Positions 36,543 to 47,935 of a DNA stretch of 47,935 bases are shown here, one piece after another. Within the stretch, counting starts at the first letter, position 1. Each line of letters opens with the position of its first letter. Made by a program: the position numbers and the translations under genes. A model generated the notes under the pieces. The model had not been told where the DNA came from. It did not search any database and was given only the letters and a program-made list of their open reading frames with translations. This DNA is from Eremomyces bilateralis CBS 781.70 (Eukaryota), in NCBI GenBank assembly GCA_010015585.1, contig ML975164.1; one strand, 5' to 3'.

Positions 36543-38065
36543 TGTGGCATCGGGGGGTAGATTTTGTGAGAGACGACGGGCAGATTCCGTGTCGTTAGAT
36601 CACGTATCATGATGGATGATGGGTTATGATATAGGAATATAGAAAGGTACACGCAAAATGCAATGGCGTCGAGGGGGGGAATGTCTTTTTACTAGGTATA
36701 ATGTGTCTCCCGGCGGTATTGAACTTTCAACGGTACATACCCTCGAGAAGGACTAGCAGCTGGGAAACGAGGATGGAGGGAGGTATCGTATTTCAAGAAC
36801 AAAATACATGAGAAGACCTATTCAAGAAGCGTGCCCGTTCCTCGTTTCTAATTATGTTTCCCCTGGGTCTATCGCAGGCCTCCCTCCACGATGGGGCTCT
36901 GACGGTTGATGACGCCACCTTGACTACCTATTGACCTACCTCTCTACTCAATAATCCTTACAGTACGATTCGGGCAGGATGGATGGTATGCTAGCTCCTA
37001 ACCACCGCAGTCTGCGTTCGGTCTCATCCTGCTATACTCAGAGCTATCAGTCCCACAGGACCATCTTCTTCAGTTCGACGAACGTATGTTGAGCCGTGCG
37101 AAGACCACCAGCCCTACGAATTCGTCGTTGAGAGACCAACTCCTCTCTCATAAGCATTTCCAGCTGAAGAGACCATCCGAGGACCTTGAATTGCATTTGA
37201 TTTTGCAGACTCTTGGGCGTCCAAACCTAAGAGACCTTTATAGAAGATGTTAAAGCCGGGAGGATCGAGCATCCAGTGTGGAGGTAGATGGTTAAAACCG
37301 GGGGGATTATGGCAGTCAAGCGTAGACAGCCCACCTAGTACACACGTATTGCATGTAGATACCGAGTATTGATAGAAACTGTAAACAATGAAATGTGATA
37401 TTTTGGAAATGGGTTGAATATAAAATATATTGGCAGCGTTGGCTCTTTGAATCGTTTGTGTTATGACTGAAACTTCCGGGAGCAGACCATGTAGTAAATT
37501 AGGACCTTATATAACTTCATCATGAAGATAACGGGGCTAATATGGGGCAAGCGTACACATTACCAGTAAGTATTCAATAAGCCGAGACGAAACTACGGCA
37601 AAGTGCACTCTTACTGTCGGCCATGATCGAATTGCCGTTGCCTTCGCAGAGAGTTCACGATCGAACGATGATGGCGTGACCCAAGTAAGTTCCATCGCCC
37701 GCCTCCGGCCCCGTTACCAATCACCAGTCACATCCCGTCGCATCAGATCCGTCTTCAAATAGCATCATTCCGTGCATTGAAATATCGTATTTGATTTCAT
37801 TGTTCTTGATGGAAGATGATGTACCGAAGCCACCCATATCTTTTCCAAGAAAAAAGTATGTACACAAATTTCGAAACCGCGCCCCGACTCCGCCAAAGAT
37901 TGAGCGAAGTGTTACGAAAACGGGAGAAAATAATTAGCGCGTCTCGCAACGAGCATTACGGAAGGTGTTCGTCATTTTTCTTTCCCTGGACGAGCATTCT
38001 GAATGATCAGCTGCTAACGTCGCCCACTACACCCGTGCGCAGGCGGGAATCTGACCATTTCCATT

Positions 38066-38891
38066 TCAAGCCGCCGCAGCGGACGCACCCTCCGTTACCC
38101 TCTCGACCTCGATCTTTGGCATCGCTGCTCCCGTGCCACCTAGATCCGACACCTTGGCGTTGGGGTTCTTGGAGTAATAATTCGAGATGGCAGACTTGAT
38201 GGCGTCTTCGGCGAGCATGGAGCAATGAACTGCATGCAAATCAGCCTTCATCCAGACAAAAGAACTTCCTCATTCCTCGAGGCCCATAAAAACCCCGTCC
38301 TCGAGGTTCCGAATGGAAAATTAGTTACTTACGCTTCACAGGCGGCAAACACAACTCCTTCGCAATCTCCGTATTCTGGATCTTTGCCGCGTCCTCTAGC
38401 GTCATGCCACGCACCAGCTCCGTCAGATAGCTGCTCGACGCGATGGCCGAACCGCAGCCGAACGTCTTGAATTTCACCTCCGAGATGGTGTTGTCCGCGG
38501 GGTCGACGCGGATCTGCAGCTTCATCACGTCGCCGCACGCCGGGGCGCCGACCAGGCCGGTGCCGACATCGGCGTCGTTCTTCGGCATCGATCCGACGTT
38601 GCGGGGGCGGCTGTAGTGGTCGAGGAGTGATGGGGGGGTTAGCGGAGCGTTCGTGATAGAGAATATAAAAAAAGATGGGAACCATTCAAAGTTGATCTCC
38701 AGGGGGTTTTGATGGATGCTTGATGGTGTCGAGGGTCAAAGGGTACACTTATCTTTCTCATGATATGACCGCCGTGACTCGATCATCGGCGCCGCAGCAG
38801 CGACGCGATGTGTCGAGGAGATGGATGGACGAGCGGTGGAGAGAAGGGCGCCGGCCCGCTTCGGGGCGACGGCGAGGGCTCTGCGCATCAT
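38066..38891 (-). CDS. ISU1: Mitochondrial iron-sulfur cluster scaffold protein Isu1/IscU
   Basis: Presequence MMRRALAVAPKR..., YHEK|VLDHYSRPRNVGS, VGTGLVGAPACGDVMKLQI, KFKTFGCGSAIASSS, IAKELCLPPVK|LHCSMLAEDAIK. Intron 2 is GT-AG (38230-38332); intron 1 is best read as AT-AC (38627-38752). Confidence 0.96.
38627..38752 (-). other. Non-canonical AT-AC intron in ISU1 (U2-like signals)
   Basis: Minus strand: GAG AAA G|ATAAGTGTACC...CGCTAACCCCCCCATCAC|TC CTC GAC CAC TAC. Joining gives GTC and restores K-V-L-D-H-Y. Confidence 0.8.
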
Positions 38892-39486
38892 GGCGCCGTG
38901 TAGGTATGCGTGGACCGGGTTCGATGAGCGATGGGATCGGTAACTATTCGTGGGGTGAATTGAATTTCGTCGTGGTCGGGAGGTGTAGGTGGTGATGGAG
39001 GTGGTGATGTAGGATATCAAAGTGATGTTTGAGGTTGGGTGGTGGAAAAAGGTGAATGGGCGGATTACCTCATGAGCCTTGGCTGGAGTGACTGGACGCA
39101 GTTTCTGTGGCGAATCACCCCGCCGAATTACGTTTTAGTGGGGACATTCGCGTCACGTGGATACTGGATTGGTGTTTATCGCCGACTCGGCAGATCCTAT
39201 CACCGAGGTTTAGCGGAGTGTCCGCGGAGGTGGTATTCCTTTGTATACAGATATCACTGCGTGCCTGGTGTCCATGTCCTTTGTACTCGAGGCATCCACC
39301 CATGTTTTCAATGGCCCTGGTGGATATACATGTACGACAATCCGAAAGGAGGTTGGCCCTCATCGGCTCCTCATGATGCATGTCTATCGGAAGACAACCC
39401 CGAGCGAACGGTCTGTCCCGTGCTCTAAGCCTAAACTCCATGAATGCGCTATTGATGTCATGCTATGCAATCGAAGCGTCCCGTGC

Positions 39487-41891
39487 TTAAACCCTCCGTA
39501 AGAAATAGACGTATGCAAACTTCTTCATCTCATCCGCGTCGACCGCCTGCGCGACCTTCTCATCATTGAAAAGCACCCAAGCGGACTGCGACCCTTCCGG
39601 AAGCGCTTTCTTCACGAAAGCTACGTAATGTCTGATATACTCCGTTAGCGAAATTTCATCGATGGAAATTTGTATGGCGACATCACGTACCCAGCGTGGA
39701 TCGAAGACCCCTTGTGGCAGACAATCGACTCCAGCTTAAAGTTCGCGGGCGTCTCTGCACTGCCAGCGAGTGGCTTGTCACCCGTCGGTGCATTCTCCTC
39801 TGCAACCTCGTCCAATACACCGGGGTCATCGAGGTGGGAAAATGCCCATTCGGCGGCGAGATTCACATCGCCGTTGGTCTCCTTCAACGCCTTCTTAGCA
39901 AGCGGCCCTTCAACACCGAGTGCCGCCAACATCTCCACCGAGGCGGGATCGGCGGCGGGGCTGGATGAATTGCCGCCGACGTTCAACGGCTGGTTGATCG
40001 CGTCGTCTTCCATGTGTTCCATCAGCCAATTCAGCGCGGCTTCGGCGTTCGTGTTCCCGGTGGCGTGCAGCGCGTGTTCGCATTGAACACGCGGGAAGCC
40101 CATCGTTTCGAGCACGGTTAATGCTTCTTCGTTAGGGACGAATTTCGGGGTCCTGTCGGCATCTTCGGGTAGGAGCTCTTCGCCGGGCTGGAGTCCTGGG
40201 GATAGGTATTGGTCGAGCGTGATGGCCTCGTCCTCGACGATAACGGGGACGTCGTGCTTCGTGGGAACCCAGTTGACGAGACCGAACCGCCGAGCGTTGA
40301 TCGCCAGCGTGGTTGGGAGGGTTTTGAAGAGGGATTGTTTGGTGAAGCCGTCCTTGCTCTGGCAGGCAGGGCAGGTTAATTCGACGGTTTCAGGGGCGGT
40401 GAACAGATCGAGGCACTCTTTCAGAGTAACCGGCTCATAGGTCTCCTTATCTTCGGATGAGGCGTTCGCTTCTCGGGGGACTTTTCGTATCGGTACCGGA
40501 ATCGAAATGTTCTCTTGCTCGTCGACCTTATATCGCACCTTCTTGCATGCATTGCATTGAAGCTTCTGCTCCATCGCGAATCGGAAAATATCCACGGGAT
40601 TCCGAAGCGGAGCATCGTGTTTCGATTTGCCGATCATCTCAAACAGGTGGAGAAGGTATTCGAACGAATCTTGCTGCCTCATCGTGGAGAACTCTTCGTG
40701 TCCTTTCCCAACCAGGGATTTGAACATGGCTGGGGCGAGCCCTTTCTGCCAGGTCACTTCCTCGGACCCCTCCGGTACTTTGACATCCTTGTCTGGGTTC
40801 GAGTATCGGCCGGAAAGCAAGCCGTCTGCGACCTTTCTCATTTGAGTCTCGAAGTCTTCGGCGGGTTTCGAGGTCGATGTCGGTCCCGATACCTGATTGA
40901 AGTACCGCTCCTGAAACTCCGGCATGGCGAACAACGCCTGCAACGAGCTGTTCATATAACAGCTGTTTCCCAGGTTCTTCAGCCCCGTGAACCCCTTCCC
41001 AAACACCGGCTTGATCTCCTTCCCATCCTCGGTTGTCATCGAGAACTCCCACCGCAAATTCTGCTCAATCTGCATCTCCGTCAGGCTCTTCTCCGTCTTC
41101 TGTCGATCCGCAATGTTGATCCCCCAGTGCGCCAGATGCTCCGTGAGCTTCGGGTCTTTCCGCTCGTCGTCACACGCATAGCAGTAGATGTCTGCCGTCC
41201 CGTCCGCCGTCAGCGACCCCAGCTTGACCGCCACTGCATGCTTCGTCGCATCCGTGTGCGCGAGCCCGTGCGAGTTCCCACCCCCGCCTCCAAACTGCGC
41301 GCGTCCGCACCCCAGATTGCCGCACGTTAAGCACAGCCAGAGGTTCTCGTTCAGTTCGCACATCGAGCAGTGCCCCAGATCCTGCGAATCGATCGCCCGC
41401 GGCGGTTCCTGCTCTAGGAATGCCGTATGGTCACAGATCGTCAGCTCCTGCTCCCACGCCTTCACTTCCTCCTGCTTCGCGAACGTATTGGCCCTCAACA
41501 CCGCGTTCACCACCTCCACCAGCGCCCCCTGCGAGCCATCCACATTCTCCACCCTGCACTCCAGGCACCTCACCTGCGTTGCCGTGTCATACCGATCCGC
41601 CTCCGTCTCCGCCGAGATGGCAAGCTTGGTGAGCTTCTGCGGCGGCTCGTCGCGGTCGACGACTTTCCTCGTCCGTTTGATATTGAGGACTAGGGGGTGC
41701 TTGGACGTCTCATAGTGGAGTTTGTTGTGTTGCCGGTCGCCTGCACAGCCGCCGTTGTAGCAGGATAGGCAGACGTCGAGCCCGGCGGGGTCGTCGATAC
41801 TGTCGAAGCAGATGGTGCAATCTTCGCGATAGACGGATTCGCTGGGGCGAGGAGGACGGAGGGAGGAGGAGGAGGCATGAGGGCATGCCAT
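39487..41891 (-). CDS. UBP14: Ubiquitin carboxyl-terminal hydrolase 14 (USP5/USP13 orthologue; zf-UBP + UCH + UBA)
   Basis: VYREDCTICFD, NLWLCLTCGNLGCGRAQFGG.GGNSH, TGLKNLGNSCYMNS (Cys box), MRQQDSFEYL, UBA MGFPR...ALHATGN, HKGSSIHAG|HYVAF (His box; intron 39632-39690), WVLFNDEKV...AYVYFLRRV*. Confidence 0.96.
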
Positions 41892-42384
41892 TTTGGGTTG
41901 ACTGGAATTGGAAAGGAAATGGGTGTCTGGTAGGTTGTTTGACGGATTTTCTAGAATGTATTGTTTCCGGAAGCTTCAGTTTGTTTTGAGTGATCTCATA
42001 AGTTACATGTATGGGTTGGGTGGGGTAGCGGGGTGAGGCGCCGAGGCTACAAGGCAACGTCACATTCTGATAGATTCAAATCTGCTTGTTTTTCTTGTCC
42101 AGTCCCGCAATGTGAACTCAATGCGAACTCAATGCAAACGGTTCTTTCAAATATCAAACTTTTTATTATTAAGTATCCAATATTTTCATGGTATCTAACG
42201 GATGAAATCTAAGATGTATCTAAGACTCGTATCTAAGGAGTCTTCTATCGCTCCCAGATCGACCAAAACCGCTGAAAGGGATAAGAGTGCTTCATCAAGC
42301 AAATTATTATAAGATGCCCTCCAAAAGTTGCGTGGAAAGGTATCTTCTTCAAGTCGCCACTATACTCCAGAATATGCATTTCCT

Positions 42385-44151
42385 TTATTTCTTGACCTCC
42401 TCCTCTGCAGGCTCGCCGGCATAGGCAAACCTGGACTTCGTCCTGACCTTCGCTCCTCTGTAGTAGAAGAAGAAGGGGATGATACAACATGCACAGCCCA
42501 GGAATGCCAGGAGGGTGGTCGCCCACTGGTATCCCATACCAGCGTACATTTGATTGGTGAAGAGCACTACAGCAGCACCGCAGAATGATCGGATCAACGT
42601 CTTTGCGGCCATGGCGCTGGCAGCCTGGTGGGTATACGAATCAACTGGAGCATTGTTAGCATCGTTCAACACGATCATCGTTTCAGTACACTTACCAAGA
42701 TAATTGTTCGCAGAGTTGTACAGGAAGATGAAGCCGAATCCGACAGGGAGCCCAGCTAGACATGGTCCCACCCAGGTCAATCGCGGATATGAAGTCCAGG
42801 CGAAGATGAAGAGGCCGATTGGAATGAACCAGCAAGACAACATCATGGGAATCAACCGGACCTCCGGGGGAGGCCTGTTGTTGTGCTTCCGGCACAACTT
42901 GATGTAGTGCTTGTTGACGAGGGGGCTCATCGCCGCGCTGAACATGACACCCGCTGCCAGTGGAATGAACATCAGACCTGTCTGCCATGGTTCCCAACCC
43001 TTACCCTCTTCGAAGACAATGGGGTATGCCACGAAGAAGACGTAGAGGAGCGAGTACAAGAGGGACATGTATAACGAGATGAACAGGACGATCGGTTCGA
43101 GGAAGAGCAGTTGCAGAGGCCGGATGAGGAAGATCCGCATCTGCTGGGAGAATGGTCGCGTGTCCAAATCCTGCTCGGTGACATATTTGTTGTCCCCCGT
43201 TTCCTTCCGCAGCTTCTTCGCTCTCTTTTTGAGCAACGCCGGGGTATATGTTTCGGGGACGAAGAAGGCCATGACGATCCAAATCGCGCCGGTAATGATC
43301 AGCTGGATGTAGTACAACCATCTCCATCCGAGCGGGACGAGGAATCCACCGATCAGCGGACCGATCGCAGGGCCAATGAACGGAGCAGCAGAGAAGAAAG
43401 CCATCGGGACGCCCCGTTCCTCCGCCTTCCAGATGTCGGCAAGCGTCCCGGCGACCAGTGTCATGGGAGCCGAGATCGCAATACCGCCGAGCGCACGTCC
43501 AACCAGCAGGGTTTCGATGTTCTTCGCCACTGCGCAGGGGATGATGAATATGACAGACAAGCCGAGCGTCACCGTGTATACAGGCCACCGTCCCAGCTGC
43601 TCGCTCAGCGGCGCGAAAGCCAGCGGCCCCACACCGAACCCAACGACGAACAACGAGATGGCGAGCAGCGACACGGTGGAACTGACGCCGAACTCCTTTT
43701 GGGGGCCCTTGACGTCCGCTGTGATGACGGAGCTGTCCAACGCGACCACGAACGCCGAGAGCGCCACCGCCATCGTCACCCACCACTTCTTCCATTTCGG
43801 CCAGTTCTTCGGGTTCTCGGGGTCGCCGACCTTCCAGGTGACGAGCTCGTATCGTTCGATCTGCCCTGTTGCTTGGGATCGCACTTCTTTCAGCATGTGG
43901 CCCGCAGCCGTTTCTTCGGTGTACTCAGTGATGTTGGCAGTGTCGTTGAGGACTCGTGATGGGAGGTTGAGGAGGTCGCCGCCGTCGGGGTCATCCATTG
44001 GACGGTGGACGACATTGGTGGCTACCGAGCGGATTGGTTCGAGGTGAGGGTCGTGATGTGTGGTGGTGGTGGGGGACACGGGGCGTGAGGCCTTCTCAAG
44101 GTCTGTGGTAGTCCAAGACTCCGTATCAGATGAATGATTCTTGGAATCCAT
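42385..44151 (-). CDS. MFS transporter, DHA1 family (Tpo-like polyamine/drug transporter)
   Basis: VTWKVGDPENPKNW, LFVVGFGVGPLAFAPLSEQLGR, FSAAPFIGPAIGPLIGGFL, PETYTPALL, PPEVRLIPMM, LYNSANNYL|VDSY.HQAASAMAAKT. 51-nt intron 42645-42695. Confidence 0.94.
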   Translation of the reverse strand: MDSKNHSSDTESWTTTDLEKASRPVSPTTTTHHDPHLEPIRSVATNVVHRPMDDPDGGDLLNLPSRVLNDTANITEYTEETAAGHMLKEVRSQATGQIERYELVTWKVGDPENPKNWPKWKKWWVTMAVALSAFVVALDSSVITADVKGPQKEFGVSSTVSLLAISLFVVGFGVGPLAFAPLSEQLGRWPVYTVTLGLSVIFIIPCAVAKNIETLLVGRALGGIAISAPMTLVAGTLADIWKAEERGVPMAFFSAAPFIGPAIGPLIGGFLVPLGWRWLYYIQLIITGAIWIVMAFFVPETYTPALLKKRAKKLRKETGDNKYVTEQDLDTRPFSQQMRIFLIRPLQLLFLEPIVLFISLYMSLLYSLLYVFFVAYPIVFEEGKGWEPWQTGLMFIPLAAGVMFSAAMSPLVNKHYIKLCRKHNNRPPPEVRLIPMMLSCWFIPIGLFIFAWTSYPRLTWVGPCLAGLPVGFGFIFLYNSANNYLGKCTETMIVLNDANNAPVDSYTHQAASAMAAKTLIRSFCGAAVVLFTNQMYAGMGYQWATTLLAFLGCACCIIPFFFYYRGAKVRTKSRFAYAGEPAEEEVKK

Positions 44152-45108
44152 GGTGAGGAAACCCAAAGCTGCTAGTGTGTGACGATCCTCTAGAATAATT
44201 GAATGGAACTAGATGTAGCTGGAGGACATATCGGTACCCACGAAGGGACGCCACATAATATATATACTCCATGCTGCAGTTCTTTCGGAGAGAGTCGTAG
44301 ATTGTTCGGAAGGGAATTTGCCGACTGTAACCTTATATTGAATGGAGAAGTGGAGGCTATTTGGAAACCCTTTGCCACCTTCTCATGCTACAATCGTAAA
44401 AGGGATCTCCCGACTTTCGGTCCCAACCAGCGCCAGCCTTACAAGATACATGAACACCGCGACCGAGACCTTCGTCTTCTAGCATTTCCCTCCGAGATTC
44501 CCAATCGGTTAATAGACCTCGATACATTCAAACAATTGCAATTGATTAGTGTTGACCATGATAAATTCCCAATTCCTTACCTACCTGTTGGGCCAAACTA
44601 TGACACCAACAAATGAAGTCATGGAGTCCGGTGCGTATCCCCGAACCTGCCCCGAAAATCCGAGCTATACCCATCCCAATCCCGAGCCTAGAAATTTCCA
44701 CGCGACGCTGCCGTCGTTCCGATTTTCAATGGAACATCTTAAGTCAAAATATCTGTCAAATACATAACCGCGACCCCGTGCGTGATGATTCTGGTGAACA
44801 GGTTTTATCGATGCGGTCGAGATCCGACCCGGGGCTGGAAATGCGGAAGCAGTCCGCGACTACGCGAGCATCCCTACCGTGGAATCCGACGTCAACAGAT
44901 CAAAGATTCGTTCATCATGGGAAGCTTTCATTAACACGGTCCATTTTGGGTGGCTTTGGGATGATATGGAAGCTTCGATGTTGAGAATAGTGTCCTCTCT
45001 TCTGGCCTTAGATGCACTTATGGTACCGGGAGAGGGGTCTCAGGACTCAGGAGTAATCCTATTATTGTCTCTGTAAATCACGGCGAGTGCTGCTTTAATC
45101 ATCGGGCA

Positions 45109-47460
45109 TCACAACCCAAGGACCAGGGCGAAATCCTGCTTCTCTCTGTACCTTTTCCTAGACTGGTCCACCATGATATCAACCTGATGCCTAGCTGCTT
45201 CAGCCTCTCGGTTCTGGCGCTCTTGATCTTCTTTAGCTCGCCTTAGGTCGGCAGCCGCCGCGTCCATAAACTGCTGCAGCTCATACGCCGCGTGACAGCC
45301 GCGCTCTCGGGCTTTGCGGTTATGCATCCTCGCCTTGACATGTTGGATTTGAGCGCTCAACTTGTGCACCAGCGATTCCAGTTCGCCGGTTGGGAATAGC
45401 TTGGTAAGGTTTGGCCGAGACCGCTCGTCTATATCCTCCGAGATGTGCCGAACATTCAGAGCCTCCTCGAAATGTCCGCGGGCTTCAGTGAGCTTTGAAA
45501 GCACGATACCGAGACGTTCTTCGGTCTCCTTGGGTGCCATTCGATCGAAGCTGCAAATTCCATTGAACACTTTTTGCATCTCAACAAGGTAGGAACTTGG
45601 GCTTTGTCCTAGCTGATTGCCCGGAGCGGCTCGCTGCTCCTTAGCCACTGAAGATCGGCAGAAATCCTTCACATATGCCAATGTAAGTTTGGAGTCTGAC
45701 AGCGCTAGGTGCAGCAAAATGCGCCAATGGCTCACGTGAAACGTCGTGGGCATAGGCAGTGAGCACGCCTGGTGGAGTGCAGCAGCAACAACGTACACGC
45801 CGCAATCAGTATGGCTATTCTGCCGTGGACCCTACCGTTGGTGAGCTCGGTCGAGTCAAGTGCAGGTTACGCAAGACTAACCTTGAGTTCTTCCACCGTC
45901 CAACCTTGACTCGTCCAATCGTGACCGATTGCAACGACCAGCTTGACGGCTAGTCGCTTCATCCCCTCTACCATGTTACGATCATGTAACGGATCGTAAA
46001 CGGTTGCCTCGCATTTTTCGACGTTAAAAAAGATGAGAATCCAATGCCCTGGCACATAGAGAGGGAAGCATGCTTTACGCTGCTGGGGCTTCCAGGTATA
46101 GCTGACATTTAGGCGCCAAAGTTCGGGATCCATGGGTAGTGACGGCATCGTTATTAGGCGGACTTCTTCGGGCAGGAACGTCCGTAGCACGACATTCATG
46201 ATATCGTCGTTTAAGAGGCAACCCGGCCTTAGTAGGTCGAAGACGCTAGGAGACATCTGAGCTTCTCCTGCATTAGTGACCTGCCAGTTGCCCGCCATTG
46301 ATCCGTTCGGAGCTCCCAACCCCTCCGCGGAGCCGATAGAAGGACCTCGTCGGGATGTATCTGAAGCGGAGGGCGGACGTGTTGGCGGTATAATCTTCGA
46401 GGCTATCTGTTGGTCCGGCTCACTGTCGCTTAGGTTGAATGGAACCTCGCTGTAACTTTCGTCATTGGGATGAAGTCCAACGAGAGCGTCACGTCCTGGT
46501 ACATTCCGCAGCTGGTTGCGAGGACGCTCCACGACAGTATTTGTGCTCTCCACATCGTTATAACCAATCCTCTGCCTCTTATGCGGACGATGTAAGTCGA
46601 CCCTACGCGGGTCGAGCGGAAAAGTGTTGGAACCGCCTGCCCGAGTGTTGGTCATGCGAGGGCTAAGTGGGAACGTGTAACTATGACTTACCTGCATCCG
46701 TAGCGAAGTAATCTCCCGATACCTTTGTGCTGTCTCCGTCACTCCACGATTCAGGTTCTTCAACTCCCGGCGTCTCCTCGATGCTGTAATACCCTGCCTC
46801 AGAATTCTTTTTGGGATCCGCATCACGCCGGATCGCTCTTCCTCCGTGGCCCGTGGCCTCGTCTTGAGTCTTTCCATTCCTCTCGTCGACCATCGGGGTA
46901 TCTTTCGCTGAACGTGCACGGCGTCTGCTAGGACTGCGTCCGATGATCTCTTGGAAAGCTTTCTCAAACTCCCATGGCTGCCAATTTTTGTGGATGCTCA
47001 CACCCCTCCCACCCTTTCCCGCTTTCCGTTGCGTTCGGAAAGACTGGATGGTCTCATAGATCGTTCCCCACTCCTTATTCGTCGTTGTTATCAGTTCACA
47101 GAGGCATGTCATGATGTTCTGAGAAAATGCTATCTGCGGTTCGAAGTGGTCGAAGAGCTGATCCGAATCCAGTCCATAGGAGCTGTTCTTGATTTCTCTG
47201 AAATAAGGGCCGACCACTCCCAGTGTCGCCTCAACCATGCAGATATGGCGCCTGACACGGTCATCTTTGAGGCATCGTAGTAGGTCCACATGCTCGATCT
47301 TGGCTTTCTGTTTGGCTTCGGAAATCAGTGCAAAGACTCTTTCGAAGTGACCTTGGGCGTCGCCGCGGGCAGCCTCTTCTTCGAGACTCTTAATTAACTG
47401 CCTGAGACCTAAGGTCATCTGATTGTTCAGGAGATCTTCTACCTCCTGCAATAGTGTCAT
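45109..47460 (-). CDS. Divergent Ulp1-like (peptidase C48) cysteine protease domain protein, about 750 aa
   Basis: Three ORF-track fragments join via GT-AG introns 46637-46691 and 45832-45881. Motifs LRPGCLLNDDIMN, PLYVPGHWILIFFN....TVYDPL and PRQNSHTDCGVYV supply the His-Asp-(Gln)-Cys catalytic set; coiled-coil-like C-terminus. Confidence 0.78.
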
Positions 47461-47818
47461 TGTGTCGGTGGCTGGCTCAGGTTCGGCACATATCCAGCAA
47501 CGGGGACCATTACAGCGTGCACCAACTTAGTCCTCGGAAGTAGTGTATATTGACCCCGTAAGGTTTAGGTAGAAAGATTACTCCAGTTCATTAAGGGAAC
47601 AGTATGAGGAAGGTCAGCAAACTAGGGATTGTAGAAGTGTAAACAAACTTAAGGTATGTATGAACTGCGGTTGAGGGTCTGACTTGGATACAAGGATAAG
47701 GTGGATCGTGAGATTACAACCAATGGGCACTTCTTCAGTATTTCCTCTACATTTCTCCAGTACTCCAAGCAAAGAAATGTGCACGTGACCTCACACGTAC
47801 TTCATGAACACGGGTGAA

Positions 47819-47876
47819 GCTCCTTTCACACCCTGCTGTGCTCCATTCACACCCGTACCCCGCTCCATTTACACCC
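47819..47876. repeat. Three copies of GCTCCWTTYACACCC at 21-22 bp spacing
   Basis: gctcctttcacaccc (47819), gctccattcacaccc (47840) and gctccatttacaccc (47862), separated by unrelated 6-7 nt spacers. Confidence 0.7.
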
Positions 47877-47935
47877 TACCTGGTCACATGACATACCAAT
47901 CCCTTAGAATATCTGATGCAGATGGGCAAATATAA

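Noticed and set aside
37249..37310. Imperfect duplicate GTTAAAGCCGGGAGGAT / GTTAAAACCGGGGGGAT 42 bp apart
   Set aside because: Only two degenerate copies with no associated feature.
38627..38752. U12 (minor spliceosome) classification of the ISU1 AT-AC intron
   Set aside because: The donor is ATAAGT rather than ATATCCT, and the branch site is the ordinary GCTAAC rather than TCCTTAAC.
39039..39480. ORFs and a HapX/SreA iron-regulatory site between ISU1 and UBP14
   Set aside because: The ORFs lack motifs. CCAAT and CACGTG are present, but I found no match to the bipartite HapX or ATCWGATAA consensus.

Overview
Eukaryotic genomic DNA from a filamentous ascomycete (Pezizomycotina), with short GT-AG introns carrying CTRAC/CTAAT branch sites. 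The core genes are COQ9, a Fus3/Kss1(Pmk1)-type MAP kinase, a NIPA/DUF803 Mg2+ transporter, COG4, SRC1/HEH1, an FLC/TRP-like membrane protein, ISU1, UBP14, two DHA1 MFS transporters, an SDR, a GH6 cellobiohydrolase and a RING-ankyrin protein. Accessory or decaying material is interleaved: a HET-NB-ARC-TPR NLR at the left edge, a GH131 pseudogene with TGG>TAG changes, an orphan 7x126-bp HET-E-type WD40 array, TpA-rich RIP-like relics and a divergent Ulp1-like C48 protease at the right edge. The most striking observation is that ISU1 encodes the conserved YHEK-VLDHY motif only if its first intron is spliced as a non-canonical AT-AC intron (ATAAGT...GCTAAC...CAC, 38627-38752). All gene calls come from manual translation and motif recognition; no database searches were run.
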